Below, piece after piece: positions 30,615 to 41,624 of a stretch of 48,329 bases of DNA. The translations under genes were made by a program, and so were the position numbers. The stretch lies in sequence record SRR22947727_2406; one strand, given 5' to 3'. The notes under the pieces were generated by a model. That model ran no database searches. It saw only the letters and a program-made list of their open reading frames with translations, and had not been told where the DNA came from. The stretch's first letter is position 1. The number at the start of each line of letters is the position of its first letter.

Positions 30615-32657
30615 ATGCAACCCCCTCTCGCTCATAAAAATCGTCGCATGGTTCAATCGCAGCGCAAAAAGAATGTTTTTTGGTATAGTTTAGGGCTTTT
30701 ACACAACCGCCGCCTGGCGCGTATTCTGGCGCTTTCAGGATATCAGCTAACGCTGGGCCTTCCCTTTGCCCAAGCTGAAGTTCTGATTTGGGGAAAATCG
30801 GCGGCCGCGCGGCGCGGCCAAAAGATAGCTCGGCATTTCAACGCACCGCTTTTATATTGCGAAGATGCGTTTTTACGCTCGCTCTTTCCCGCCCGGTTAA
30901 GTCACGAGTCCCCGATCGGCATAATGCTCGACAAACGGGGCTTCCATTACGACCCGGCGCAGCCCAGCGATCTGGAACAAATTCTGCAGCATGCGCCTTT
31001 AAACGATCCACAAGAGCTACAGCGCGCAGAAGACGCAATATTACGCCTTCAAGACCAGCACCTGTCCAAGTATTCAGCCTTTGACCCGCGCTTGCCGCTT
31101 CCCGAACCCGGTTTCATTTTGCTGATCGATCAAACCCGCGGCGATGGTGCTGTACGCGCGTCTGGCGGCGGGTAAATAGACTTCGATGCAATGCTTGCGC
31201 ACGCAAAAGCCCATTTCCCTGATCATAAAATCATTATTCGAACCCATCCAGAAACGCGGCCCAATCTGCGCGAAGGTTATTTTTCTGCGCGGCATTGCGA
31301 TACCCCACAGATCACGCTTTTTAATTGCGCAACTTCACCCTGGCATCTCTTGGAACGCGCAAAAGCAGTCTATAGTTTTTCTTCCCAGTTAGGTTTTGAG
31401 GCGATTTTAGCGGGGCACCGCCCCCATATTTTTGGGCAGCCCTTTTATGCGGGATGGGGCTTAACAGTGGATCACAAGCCTATGCCATGGCGAAGCCGAA
31501 AGCTAAGCTCTCGCCAATTGTTTTTGGCGGCAATGATTAAATATCCAATTTGGTATGATGCCTATCGGGACCGCTTATGCAGTTTAGAAACCACGTTAGA
31601 CAATTTGGAAGCCGAAACGCGCACGTGGCGCGAAGATCACCAAGGCTGGTCTGCTTCAGGCATTAGCCTGTGGAAACGCCGGCATTTTCGGGCCTTTTTT
31701 GGCCGATACAAATCCGTAAAATTTCAAACCACATCCAGCGAAGACCCAAAAGGAAACCCGCGCAAAAGGATGGTTTGGGCCAGCGCAAAACAACCGGCCG
31801 GCAAACCTGTCACGCGCATTGAAGACGGGTTTCTGCGCTCGCGTGGTTTGGGTGCTGACTTGGTGCCGCCGTTTTCCCTAATTTGTGACGATCTTGGGAT
31901 CTATTACGACCCTTCGCAGGAAAGCCAGCTTGAGCGCATATTGTTAAAAATGCCGCCGCTTCGCGCGGATCAAATACGGCGCATCCAAACGCTACAAAGA
32001 CGGTTGATTGACCATGATCTGACAAAATACAATCTTCATAGAGCCTATAACCTGCAGCAAAAAACAAGCTGCATTCTGGTGGCGGGACAAGTTGCCGATG
32101 ATGCCTCTGTGCTGTGCGGCGGTGGCCTAAAGGGTGACAATCTATCGCTTTTAAAGCGCGTCAGCAACGCCAATCCAAACGCCTTTATCCTTTTTAAGCC
32201 GCACCCGGATGTGGAAAGCAATTTAAGGCTTGGCGCCTCACCTAAGAAAACCATTTTGCGCTTTGCCGATAATTGCCTCGAAAATTGCGGCGCAGCGCAG
32301 GCCCTCAGAAGCTGCGATGCGGTGCACACTGGCACATCATTAATGGGGTTTGAAGCGCTGCTGCGCGGTATTTCCGTTACAACATATGGGCAGCCCTTTT
32401 ATGCAGGCTGGGGGTTAACAAATGATCTGGGGCCCAGAATCACTAGGCGCAAACCCGGCCTAACCTTGCTTGAATTTTTATACGGATGCCTCATATTGTA
32501 TCCGCGCTACTTTGATCCGGTCACGCGCAGGGCTTGCCCAGTTGAAGTGGTGGTGGATCGATTGCTGGACGCCACCGCGCATCGCCCGAGCCAGGCGAAC
32601 AGAGTGGCCGCAAAACTTCAAGGTTGGTTTGCCAAACCCAATCCGTTTTGGCGTTAA
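30615..32657 (+). pseudogene. kpsC: Capsular polysaccharide biosynthesis protein (KpsC-like), interrupted by in-frame TAA
   Basis: Two ORFs in the same frame split by TAA at 31173-31175; duplicated domains EDAFLRS/EDGFLRS, RTHPE/KPHPD and two PFYAGWGLT. Confidence 0.85.
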
Positions 32658-32680
32658 GCCGAAATTTGGACAAAACGAAC

Positions 32681-33769
32681 CTAGCAGCGCCGCCAGATTT
32701 GCAATAAATCGGGGCCCACAGCGTGTGCCTTATGCGCAACGAACCGCTTTGCCTGTTTTAAGTGATTGATGGGCAAATCCCCGATCACCGGCTGCGCGCG
32801 CGCGCCCAGGACAAGCCCGGCCGTGATGCCAATCAGCTCATCGATCAGATCTTCTTTCAGTAGAGCCGCTGCCAGCGCCCCTCCGCCTTCGCAAAAAACC
32901 CGTGTTAGGCCCTTTTGGGCCAAACGCTGCGCAACATCTTTAAGGTCAACATTGTTTTTATCCGCCCTACATTCGATCAACACCGCCCCAAGCTTTTGCC
33001 ACGCCTGCAAACGCGCGTTATCCGCCTTGGGGCCATGGCAGATCCAGACGGGCACGCTGTTCGCCGTTTGCGCCAAATGATGGGTTTCGGGAAGATCAAC
33101 GCCATTGCTAACCACAACCCGCACCGGCTGCCGCTCAATGCCGATATCCCGCGCGGTCAGATTGGGATTGTCACGGCGCACCGTCCCCCCCCCCACCAAA
33201 ACGGCATCATAGCGGGCGCGCATTCCATGCACCCATCGTCGTGCCAATGGTCCGGTGATCCATTGACTTTCGCCATTTTCCATCGCGGATTTGCCATCAA
33301 AGCTGGCCGCCATTTTCAACGCTATATGTGGCCTGCCACGCAGGATCCGATTTAAAAAGCCCGCGTGATCCCAGGCAGCGGCCTCAGCCTCTACACCTTC
33401 AACAACTTCAATGCCCGCAGCTTTTAATGCCGCCACCCCGCGCCCCGCAACGCGTGGATCTGGATCGGGCGCACCGATCACAACCCGCGCAACCTTGGCC
33501 GCAATCAGCGCGTCACAACAGGGCCCGGTCTGCCCTTGATGCGCGCAGGGCTCTAACGTGACAAAGGCCGTGGCACCCGCTGCCAAGGCGCCCGCGCGTT
33601 GTAACGCCTGTGATTCGGCGTGAGGGCGCCCTCCTATCGCGGTCCAACCGCGGCCAACAACGCGTCCCTCTTTTACGATCACGCAGCCCACTGCCGGATT
33701 AGGCCAGCAATGGCCTTGGTTGCGCCGCCCCAAGGCCAGCGCATGGGTCATGAACTGGGGATCTTCCAC
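32681..33769 (-). CDS. ribD: Bifunctional riboflavin deaminase/reductase
   Basis: PNPAVGCV, HAE, TLEPCAH, KMAASFDGK, CEGGG. Confidence 0.96.
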   Translation of the reverse strand: MEDPQFMTHALALGRRNQGHCWPNPAVGCVIVKEGRVVGRGWTAIGGRPHAESQALQRAGALAAGATAFVTLEPCAHQGQTGPCCDALIAAKVARVVIGAPDPDPRVAGRGVAALKAAGIEVVEGVEAEAAAWDHAGFLNRILRGRPHIALKMAASFDGKSAMENGESQWITGPLARRWVHGMRARYDAVLVGGGTVRRDNPNLTARDIGIERQPVRVVVSNGVDLPETHHLAQTANSVPVWICHGPKADNARLQAWQKLGAVLIECRADKNNVDLKDVAQRLAQKGLTRVFCEGGGALAAALLKEDLIDELIGITAGLVLGARAQPVIGDLPINHLKQAKRFVAHKAHAVGPDLLQIWRRC

Positions 33770-33778
33770 CGCTCTTGC

Positions 33779-34246
33779 CTATTCTTCTGTGGGTATATCG
33801 GGCCTTAATTCACTGACAAATTTATCGAAATCATCGGCAGCCTGAAAGTTTTTATAAACGCTCGCAAAGCGCACATAGGCCACCGTATCGATGCGCGCCA
33901 GCGCTTCCATAACGATCTCACCAATTTTCTTTGAATTGATATCGGTTTCGCCAAGGCTTTCCAGACGCCGCACGATCCCCGAAATCATTTGCTCCATCCG
34001 TTCATTTTCAATTGGTCGTTTTTGGAGCGCAATACGAATTGAGCGCTCGAGCTTGTCGCGATCAAAATCTTCACGTCGTCCATTCGACTTGATCACCACA
34101 AGATCGCGCAATTGTACCCGCTCATAAGTGGTAAAACGCCCAACGCAAGCAGCACAAAACCGACGGCGTCGAATTGCAACATGTTCTTCAGCGGGTCGGG
34201 AATCTTTCACTTGGGTATCAATATTCCCACAGAACGGGCAACGCAT
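33779..34246 (-). CDS. nrdR: Transcriptional repressor NrdR
   Basis: MRCPFCG, IRRRRFC, RFTTYE, ATP cone, [10 protein letters not shown]. Confidence 0.97.
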   Translation of the reverse strand: MRCPFCGNIDTQVKDSRPAEEHVAIRRRRFCAACVGRFTTYERVQLRDLVVIKSNGRREDFDRDKLERSIRIALQKRPIENERMEQMISGIVRRLESLGETDINSKKIGEIVMEALARIDTVAYVRFASVYKNFQAADDFDKFVSELRPDIPTEE

Positions 34247-34469
34247 TGGCATATCCTTTGGCATAAGACTGGCCCGGGTTTGCGGGCCAAAGAGTGTTTT
34301 CCACGAGCACTATAGGGCAACCGCAACGCTTTGTGTAGTCTGCATTTTTGATCACTACAGATAGATCGTAGATGAAATGCCTAAACTCCGCCCACACAAT
34401 ATCGTGCTGCTACACCTGCATAGAAACGGCAGCCGGGCTCAAAAAATTTGTTTGAGAAGCGCAGCGTCT

Positions 34470-34901
34470 TTACAAGTGCACGGGCCGCTGATCGCGCAAG
34501 ACAGAGGCAAAGACCCGACGCTAATGCGGCGCCGCGCGATGTTCGACGAGGTAAATTCCCTGCCACGTACCCAATGCCAATTGGCCCTCATGCAGTGGAA
34601 TGGTTAGGAATGTCGGTAAAAGCGCGGCTTTTATATGCGCAGGCATATCATCCGCACCTTCATAAAGGTGGGTCAAATATGACATGGAAGGATGGGTTGC
34701 CGGCGGCACCAAACGATCAAAAAACGCCGTTAAATCAGAGCGCATATCCCTGTCAGCGTTCTCTTGAATCAACAAGCTTGCTGAACTGTGCTGAACGAAT
34801 AGATTTACCAGACCGTTGCCTTGCACCCACTGAGCGATCTGATCGGTAAACTCATACAGCCGCGGACCATTTGTTTGTATAGTGAAAGTCTTTTGAAGCA
34901 T
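34470..34901 (-). pseudogene. yjbQ: YjbQ/UPF0047 (secondary thiamine-phosphate synthase), premature TAG near the C-terminus
   Basis: HSSASLLIQENAD, DDMPAHIK, LGTWQGIYLVEHR; TAG at 34521-34523 is followed in frame by RRVFASVL... to TAA at 34470. Confidence 0.75.
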
Positions 34902-35008
34902 ACCCGCTCTACCGGTTTTTCGGGTTTAGCCAGCGCATACCAAACTGCCCCATCTTCACAAAAATGCATTGGGTGCATCTGGCCGGTAAAACCGACCAAA
35001 TAGCGTGT

Positions 35009-36991
35009 TTATTGATCTAAGAAACTACGCAATTTACGCGAGCGTGACGGGTGCTTTAACTTGCGCAAAGCTTTGGCTTCGATCTGCCGGATCCGCTCGC
35101 GCGTCACGCTGAATTGCTGACCCACTTCTTCAAGCGTATGATCCGTATTCATACCAATGCCGAAGCGCATGCGCAAAACCCGCTCTTCCCGCGGCGTGAG
35201 CGATGACAGCACGCGCGTCGTGGTTTCTTTCAAATTCTCTTGAATAGCGCTGTCTAATGGCAAGACAGCGTTAGAATCTGGAATAAAATCGCCCAGCTGC
35301 GAATCTTCTTCATCTCCGATCGGGGTTTCGAGTGAAATTGGCTCTTTGGCGATTTTCATCACTTTGCGCACTTTTTCCAACGGCATTTGAAGTTTAGCAG
35401 CCAATTCCTCGGGCGTTGGTTCGCGCCCAATCTCATGCAGCATCTGCCGGCCAGTGCGTACCAGTTTGTTGATGGTTTCAATCATATGAACAGGAATACG
35501 AATGGTTCGCGCCTGATCAGCGATCGACCGGGTGATCGCTTGGCGTATCCACCATGTCGCATAGGTTGAAAACTTGTACCCGCGCCGGTATTCAAACTTA
35601 TCCACCGCCTTCATGAGGCCAATGTTACCTTCTTGTATCAAATCAAGGAATTGTAAGCCGCGGTTCGTGTATTTTTTAGCAATTGAAATCACCAAACGCA
35701 GGTTTGCCTCAACCATTTCTTTCTTGGCTTGGCGGGCTTCTTTCTCACCTTTTTGAACCTGCGCGACTATGCGTCTGAATTCGCTGATATCCAAACCGAT
35801 ATATTGACCAACCTGCGCCATATCATTGCGCAACCCTTCCGCTTTATCGGAGGAGCGTTCGATGAACATTTGCCATCCCCGGCCAGCTTTCTCAGCCATG
35901 CGTTCCATCCAATTGGGATCGAGTTCATGGCCCCGATATTCATCGATAAACTCACGGCGGTTGATCCGCGCTTGATCCGCCAATTTAACCATTGAACTAT
36001 CAATCTGCATGATGCGCCGATTGATGCCATATAGCTGATCAATCAAGGCCTCAATTCGGTTATTGTGCAAATGGAGCCCGTTCACCAGCTCGACAATTTC
36101 AGCGCGCAACGCCTGATAAGTTGCCTCTTGTGTCTCGGTAAAGCTGCTATCTTCGTTCAAAGTCGCCGAAATCCGCGAATCTTGCATGTCGGATAATTTG
36201 ATATAATCGGATGCAATACGATCAAGCGTTTCAAGCACCTGAGGTTTCAGCGCAGCTTCCATTGCCGCCAAAGACAGGTTGGACTGATCATCATCGTCAT
36301 CGTCATCATCATCGGTCAGTATTGGATTGCCATCTGCATCCAACTCTTCGGATTGGGCCTCTTTTTGCTGCCCAACCGCGACATTGCCGGTTGCCAGAAC
36401 ATTTTCGCCTTCACCATCTTCTTCCATTTGATTGCCGAAGGTGGTTTCCAAATCGATCACTTCGCGCAGAAGAATATCTTCGCTTAGCAATTCATCGCGC
36501 CAAATCGTGATCGCCTGAAACGTCAAAGGGCTTTCGCATAGCCCAAGGATCATCGTGTTGCGCCCTGCCTCGATCCGTTTGGCGATCGCGATTTCACCTT
36601 CACGGCTGAGCAGCTCAACCGAGCCCATTTCACGAAGGTACATGCGCACGGGATCATCGGTGCGATCAAGCTTTTCGGTTTCACCCGAGGAAAGCGCCAC
36701 ATCTTTACCGCCTGTCACCGCGACCAGATCCGTGGCTCCTTTTTCTTCTTCTTCGATCTCTTCATCTTCAATGATATTGATGCCCATTTCAGACAGCATC
36801 GACATCACATCTTCAATTTGTTCGGAAGAAACCTGATCGGGTGGCAACACCTGATTGAGCTGATCGTATGTTATATAGCCACGCTCACGCGCTTCACCGA
36901 TCATTTTCTTGACTGCGGCTTGACTCATATCAAGGGAGATCTCCGCATCCTGATCATCTGTCTTGCGATCGTCGGTGTCTTTAGCGGCCAT
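35009..36991 (-). CDS. rpoD: RNA polymerase primary sigma factor
   Basis: [48 protein letters not shown]. Confidence 0.98.
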   Translation of the reverse strand: MAAKDTDDRKTDDQDAEISLDMSQAAVKKMIGEARERGYITYDQLNQVLPPDQVSSEQIEDVMSMLSEMGINIIEDEEIEEEEKGATDLVAVTGGKDVALSSGETEKLDRTDDPVRMYLREMGSVELLSREGEIAIAKRIEAGRNTMILGLCESPLTFQAITIWRDELLSEDILLREVIDLETTFGNQMEEDGEGENVLATGNVAVGQQKEAQSEELDADGNPILTDDDDDDDDDQSNLSLAAMEAALKPQVLETLDRIASDYIKLSDMQDSRISATLNEDSSFTETQEATYQALRAEIVELVNGLHLHNNRIEALIDQLYGINRRIMQIDSSMVKLADQARINRREFIDEYRGHELDPNWMERMAEKAGRGWQMFIERSSDKAEGLRNDMAQVGQYIGLDISEFRRIVAQVQKGEKEARQAKKEMVEANLRLVISIAKKYTNRGLQFLDLIQEGNIGLMKAVDKFEYRRGYKFSTYATWWIRQAITRSIADQARTIRIPVHMIETINKLVRTGRQMLHEIGREPTPEELAAKLQMPLEKVRKVMKIAKEPISLETPIGDEEDSQLGDFIPDSNAVLPLDSAIQENLKETTTRVLSSLTPREERVLRMRFGIGMNTDHTLEEVGQQFSVTRERIRQIEAKALRKLKHPSRSRKLRSFLDQ

Positions 36992-36995
36992 TTGG

Positions 36996-37055
36996 GACTC
37001 CTAATTTAACGCGAGTGATTCGTTACTGACAAGAAATAACGGAATCACATGATTC
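36996..37055. promoter_or_regulatory. Cluster of four GANTC (CcrM) sites and a hairpin in the rpoD leader
   Basis: GACTC at 36996, GATTC at 37017, GAATC at 37042, GATTC at 37051; inverted repeat GTGATTCGTTA...TAACGGAATCAC. Confidence 0.55.
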
Positions 37056-37102
37056 GGCCACCCCGTGTACAGTACTTTATTTACTGTTATCCCTCTATTT
37101 AG

Positions 37103-39043
37103 TCAGTTTTTTGGCTTTTGAAAGGAAATTCCCCCCAAAATTTCATCGAATCGGTCTTTTTCACTGCGGTTGATTCGCGCACCGTTCTGCGCCATCTGAT
37201 ATTGAACCTTATCTTCTTGAACTGCTTTTAAGGAATTATGCCCCGCCTCAGCGGCTTCCTTCAGACGCCAAACAGCGGTTTCATCCAAGGCCTCCTCTCC
37301 GGCCTCTTGCAACTCTTTCAATTCTGCGGCCAGACCTTTTCGGCTGGAAAGTTTTCCCAAAGCCTCCAAAATTGTAGCGCGCGCATTCTCTGTTTGATCC
37401 GAATTCAGCAAACCGGCGGCCATGCGCACATGTCCCGCAGAAAACAGTTTTTCGATCACCTGAGGCCCTAGCGCAGCAGCAATCTGCGCCTCTAACTCAG
37501 AGCGCGTTTGATTTTTGCTTTGCGCCATGATGCGGAGCATTGCATCTAAATTTGGATCATCAAAATCCACGCCTTCGAGTAAACTGCGCACATCCTTCAA
37601 CACAGCTGGGCAGATCAGCACGGCCGCAACGATCACCGCCTCATGGATATATTGGGCAACCCTATCATTACCTGAGGCGAGCGCTGAGGCCTTGGTGCTT
37701 TGCTGAGGTTTTCCCGGCAGGCTTGCCGCTTGACCACGCTTGCCGCCCCGCTTGCCATGATTTCGAAACAAGGCCCAGCGCAAATCTTTCAGCGCCGTTT
37801 CATAATGCAACCGCAGGCCGTGATCCTTGATCAACTTAGTTTTAGTTGCCAACGCTTTATCCAAGCCGGCTTTGCGCTCCGGGCTATCAAACGGCCCAGC
37901 CGCCATTTCGCGCTGCCAGAGCAGCTCAACCATTGGCATCGCTTTTTGTAGCAATTTGCGCAAGGCGCCGGCCCCAGATTGGCGAATGAGATCGTCTGGG
38001 TCTTGGCCTTCAGGCATCAAGGCAAACCGCAAAGCACGGCCGGCTTCCAACGCCGGCAACGCCAAATCGATCAATCGATAGGCTGCTCTTAAGCCAGCTT
38101 TATCGCCATCAAGTGCCACAATAGGCTCGGGGGTCATGCGCCATAACAGCGAGAGCTGGGTTTCGGTTATGGCTGTGCCCAGCGGCGCAACCGCGGCCTC
38201 AAAGCCCGCTTCAACCAATGCGATTACATCCATATACCCTTCGGCTACAATCAATGGTTGATTCGGTCCAACGGCCTTTCTGGCAGGGCCCATATTGTAA
38301 AGCATGCGCCCTTTATCGAACAAAACAGTTTCAGGAGAATTGAGGTATTTGGCCTTGGCAGCCGGATCAAGCGCGCGCCCGCCAAAAGCAATGCACTGCC
38401 CACGGGCATCACGAATAGGAAACATGATCCGTCCACGAAACCGGTCATACGGGGCTCTGCCCTCTTCGGGCTGGATACAAAGGCCTGTTTCAATAAGCTT
38501 TTCAGGGGCAACACCGGCAGCTTTAAAATGCTGTATAAGCGCAGAGCGATCGTCTGGCGCAAAGCCAATGCCAAAGCGCGCTTGCGCCTCTTCAGACAGC
38601 CCACGCCCAGACAAATAGCGCCGCGCATCAGCAGCGGCGTTTGTTTTCAGGCTTAAGCGAAAAAAGCGAACCGCTTGCTCCATAACATCGACAAGCGCAC
38701 CTTTTTGATCCGCTTTCTCTTTTGCCTGCGGATCGCGGGCCGGCATGCTCAGACCAGCCTCTGCGGCCAAAATCTCTACCGCCTCTATGAAGCTCACATT
38801 TTCTGTATCTTTTACGAATGTAATAATATCGCCCTTGGCCTGACAGCCAAAGCAATAAAAATAACCTTTGGTGTCTTCCACGTGGAACGAGGCCGTTTTT
38901 TCTTGATGAAACGGGCATGGCGCCCACATATCACCGCGGCCCTGATTGGATTTACGCAGATCCCATGTGACCTTCTTGCCCACAACAGCACTTATGCTGA
39001 CGCGGCTCCGCAACTCATCCAAAAATCCAACTGGCAGGCTCAT
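37103..39043 (-). CDS. dnaG: DNA primase
   Basis: CPFHQEKTASF zinc finger, KYLNSPET, EGYMDV, DGDKAG, DPDD. Confidence 0.97.
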   Translation of the reverse strand: MSLPVGFLDELRSRVSISAVVGKKVTWDLRKSNQGRGDMWAPCPFHQEKTASFHVEDTKGYFYCFGCQAKGDIITFVKDTENVSFIEAVEILAAEAGLSMPARDPQAKEKADQKGALVDVMEQAVRFFRLSLKTNAAADARRYLSGRGLSEEAQARFGIGFAPDDRSALIQHFKAAGVAPEKLIETGLCIQPEEGRAPYDRFRGRIMFPIRDARGQCIAFGGRALDPAAKAKYLNSPETVLFDKGRMLYNMGPARKAVGPNQPLIVAEGYMDVIALVEAGFEAAVAPLGTAITETQLSLLWRMTPEPIVALDGDKAGLRAAYRLIDLALPALEAGRALRFALMPEGQDPDDLIRQSGAGALRKLLQKAMPMVELLWQREMAAGPFDSPERKAGLDKALATKTKLIKDHGLRLHYETALKDLRWALFRNHGKRGGKRGQAASLPGKPQQSTKASALASGNDRVAQYIHEAVIVAAVLICPAVLKDVRSLLEGVDFDDPNLDAMLRIMAQSKNQTRSELEAQIAAALGPQVIEKLFSAGHVRMAAGLLNSDQTENARATILEALGKLSSRKGLAAELKELQEAGEEALDETAVWRLKEAAEAGHNSLKAVQEDKVQYQMAQNGARINRSEKDRFDEILGGISFQKPKN

Positions 39044-39143
39044 GGGCTGAATATCGGAGCTTCCTAAGGCGAAGTCTAGTACTGAGCAAAAAGAAACAGA
39101 CTTTTTACGCCCCCAAGCAATTCAAAAAAAGCACGATCCGGCT

Positions 39144-40568
39144 TTAAAGCCCTTTTGTTTGATAACTCTCTGCGACTTTGCGAATGGCGACCAAATAAGC
39201 TGCGATGCGCAGATCAGTGACGTTTTGATCACTATGCCAAAGCGCCCGCATTGCCTGCATCGCGGCGCGCATCGTATCATCCAAACCCGAGCGCACCAAC
39301 TCTAACTCACCCGCGCCCTGAACAAAGCGTTTTTTGAAATCTGCACTCATGCTCCAATCAGCGCCCATTTGGGTTGAGAGGCGTTCCAATTCGTCCAATA
39401 ACATGAGGCTGCGTGCCTCTTCCTGACGGCGCTGCATCCGGCCAAATCTGATATGGCTAAGATTCTTTACCCATTCAAAATAAGAAACGGTTACGCCCCC
39501 CGCATTTGCATACATATCCGGAATGATCACGCAGCCCTTTTCGCGCAATATTTCATCAGCGCCCGCCGTTACTGGCCCATTCGCCGCTTCGATGATCAAC
39601 GGGGCTTTGATCCGCGCTGCATTTTCTAAATTAATCACGCCCTCCAAAGCCGCAGGGATCAATATATCGCAATCATGCTCAAGCAGCTTGGCGCCCTCTG
39701 GCACAAACACAGCATCCGGGTAATCTTTAAGACCCCCTGTTGTGTTTCTCCAATCTGCAACGCCCTCAACATTCAGCCCGGTTTCGTTTATGAGCGCGCC
39801 GTCGCGCTCGATCACGGCAATAATTTTAGCGCCATCTTCCTGCGATAAAAACTTTGCAGCATGAAACCCGACATTGCCAAGCCCTTGAACAATCACGCGC
39901 TTGCCTTCTAAAGACCCGCTCAACCCCGCGCGCTGAAGGTCTAATGGCTCACGAAAAAATTCTTGCAACGCATATTGAACACCGCGCCCCGTGGCCTCAA
40001 CCCGCCCCGCAATTCCGCCCGCGTTCATCGGTTTGCCAGTGACGCACGCCTTGGCATTGATATCGGTTGTGTTCATGCGAGCATATTGATCTGCAATCCA
40101 GGCCATTTCACGTTGCCCCGTGCCCATATCAGGCGCGGGTACGTTTTGGCTGGGATGAATCAAATCACGCTTAATCAGCTCATAAGCAAACCTGCGGGTA
40201 ATCAGCTCAAGCTCATGCTCTTCGTAAAGCGTTGGGTCAATACAAAGCCCACCTTTAGAGCCGCCAAACGGCGTATCGACCAAAGCGCATTTAAAGGTCA
40301 TAAGCGCCGCCAAAGCTTCCACTTCGTCTTGGTTCACCCCTAAAGAATACCGAATGCCCCCTTTTACAGGTTCCATATGTTCAGAATGCACCGAACGATA
40401 TCCCGTGAAGGATTTTATTTCACCGCGTAATCGCACGCCAAACCGTACCGTATAAGTGGCATTACAAATCCGGATTTTTTCTTCCAACCCAGCCGGCAAA
40501 TCAATCAAGCGAACTGCCCGATCAAACATTCTTTCAACGCTTTCGCGAAAGCTAATTTCCGTTTTCAC
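39144..40568 (-). CDS. gdhA: Glu/Leu/Phe/Val (glutamate) dehydrogenase
   Basis: KGGIRY, PFGGSKGG, VPAPDMGT, ATGRGV, NAGGVTVSYFEW; GTG start at 40568 with GGAG RBS. Confidence 0.92.
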   Translation of the reverse strand: MKTEISFRESVERMFDRAVRLIDLPAGLEEKIRICNATYTVRFGVRLRGEIKSFTGYRSVHSEHMEPVKGGIRYSLGVNQDEVEALAALMTFKCALVDTPFGGSKGGLCIDPTLYEEHELELITRRFAYELIKRDLIHPSQNVPAPDMGTGQREMAWIADQYARMNTTDINAKACVTGKPMNAGGIAGRVEATGRGVQYALQEFFREPLDLQRAGLSGSLEGKRVIVQGLGNVGFHAAKFLSQEDGAKIIAVIERDGALINETGLNVEGVADWRNTTGGLKDYPDAVFVPEGAKLLEHDCDILIPAALEGVINLENAARIKAPLIIEAANGPVTAGADEILREKGCVIIPDMYANAGGVTVSYFEWVKNLSHIRFGRMQRRQEEARSLMLLDELERLSTQMGADWSMSADFKKRFVQGAGELELVRSGLDDTMRAAMQAMRALWHSDQNVTDLRIAAYLVAIRKVAESYQTKGL

Positions 40569-40685
40569 CCTGCAATCTCCCCCAAACCTTAAATATAAAA
40601 ATAAAACTCGTTCGGCCCAACACATATCATATTTCTCACAACCCCAAGAAAAATTATGGCAGAAAGAACGCGAGGCCTTATGTGG

Positions 40686-41624
40686 TTAGACGCGCACTTC
40701 ATAGCCGGGCTGTTCGGGCTCATCATCAATTAATTCGGCCGGAAAACCATCTGCGCGCACATCTAACCCGGTCACCTCTTCTAAGCGCTTGATAATATTT
40801 GGGGATAACTCACGCGCCCCAAAGCGCTTAATCCCATCTTGAAAGATAGAGATTAACAGTGGATTCAATTCGAGCGGTATCGAAGCCCGATCTGCAACCT
40901 CTTGAAACAAGCCAATATCTTTTGCAACCAGATCCATCGTAAACGACACATCGCGGCTGCCATTTAAGATTAGCTGGCTTTCTGTTTCATGCACAAATGA
41001 CGTACCCGAAGAGATTTTCAAAGCTTCATATGCCACTTTAAGATCCATGCCCGCCCCTTTGGCGACGGTTAAGGCTTCCGCGCAAGACACCAGATTTGCC
41101 GTGGCCATATAATTTGTGATTACTTTTAGAATACTAGCAGATCCCAGATCTCCGGTATGCAAAATACGCCGCCCCATTTTTGTAAGAAACGGCAAAACCG
41201 CCTCAAAACTGTGCCGGTCACAACCAGCGAAAATGCTAATATTTCCCGTATCTGCACGATGACATCCGCCTGAAACAGGACAGTCCATGGCTTGTCCGCC
41301 TTTGGCCTGCACCAACGCACCAAGTCGTTTGACTTCCGCTTCGTCTGTGGTCGACATTTCCAACCAGATTTTACCGGGCTTTACGTGCGCAAGCATCGCT
41401 TGAACCACCGCGGCAGAAGCGGCTGGATTTGGCAAACAGGTGATCACTATGTCACAGCTTTGCATCATTTCAGCCGGGCTTACTCCGTTTTTGGCACCCT
41501 TTGCCACAAACGCCTCCACCAAAACCTCATCCAAATCATGAACCTGTAAAGATACACCATTGCGCAGCAAACTGCCTGACAATTTGCCTCCAACATTTCC
41601 CAAACCAATAAATCCGACCTGCAT
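40686..41624 (-). CDS. NAD(P)-dependent beta-hydroxyacid dehydrogenase (3-hydroxyisobutyrate DH family)
   Basis: GFIGLGNVG, EMST, DCPVSGG, KVITN, KDIGL; AGGAG RBS. Confidence 0.88.
   Translation of the reverse strand: MQVGFIGLGNVGGKLSGSLLRNGVSLQVHDLDEVLVEAFVAKGAKNGVSPAEMMQSCDIVITCLPNPAASAAVVQAMLAHVKPGKIWLEMSTTDEAEVKRLGALVQAKGGQAMDCPVSGGCHRADTGNISIFAGCDRHSFEAVLPFLTKMGRRILHTGDLGSASILKVITNYMATANLVSCAEALTVAKGAGMDLKVAYEALKISSGTSFVHETESQLILNGSRDVSFTMDLVAKDIGLFQEVADRASIPLELNPLLISIFQDGIKRFGARELSPNIIKRLEEVTGLDVRADGFPAELIDDEPEQPGYEVRV

Noticed and set aside
36286-36312. TCA/TCG trinucleotide run in rpoD
   Set aside because: Normal acidic linker (poly-Asp) of sigma70
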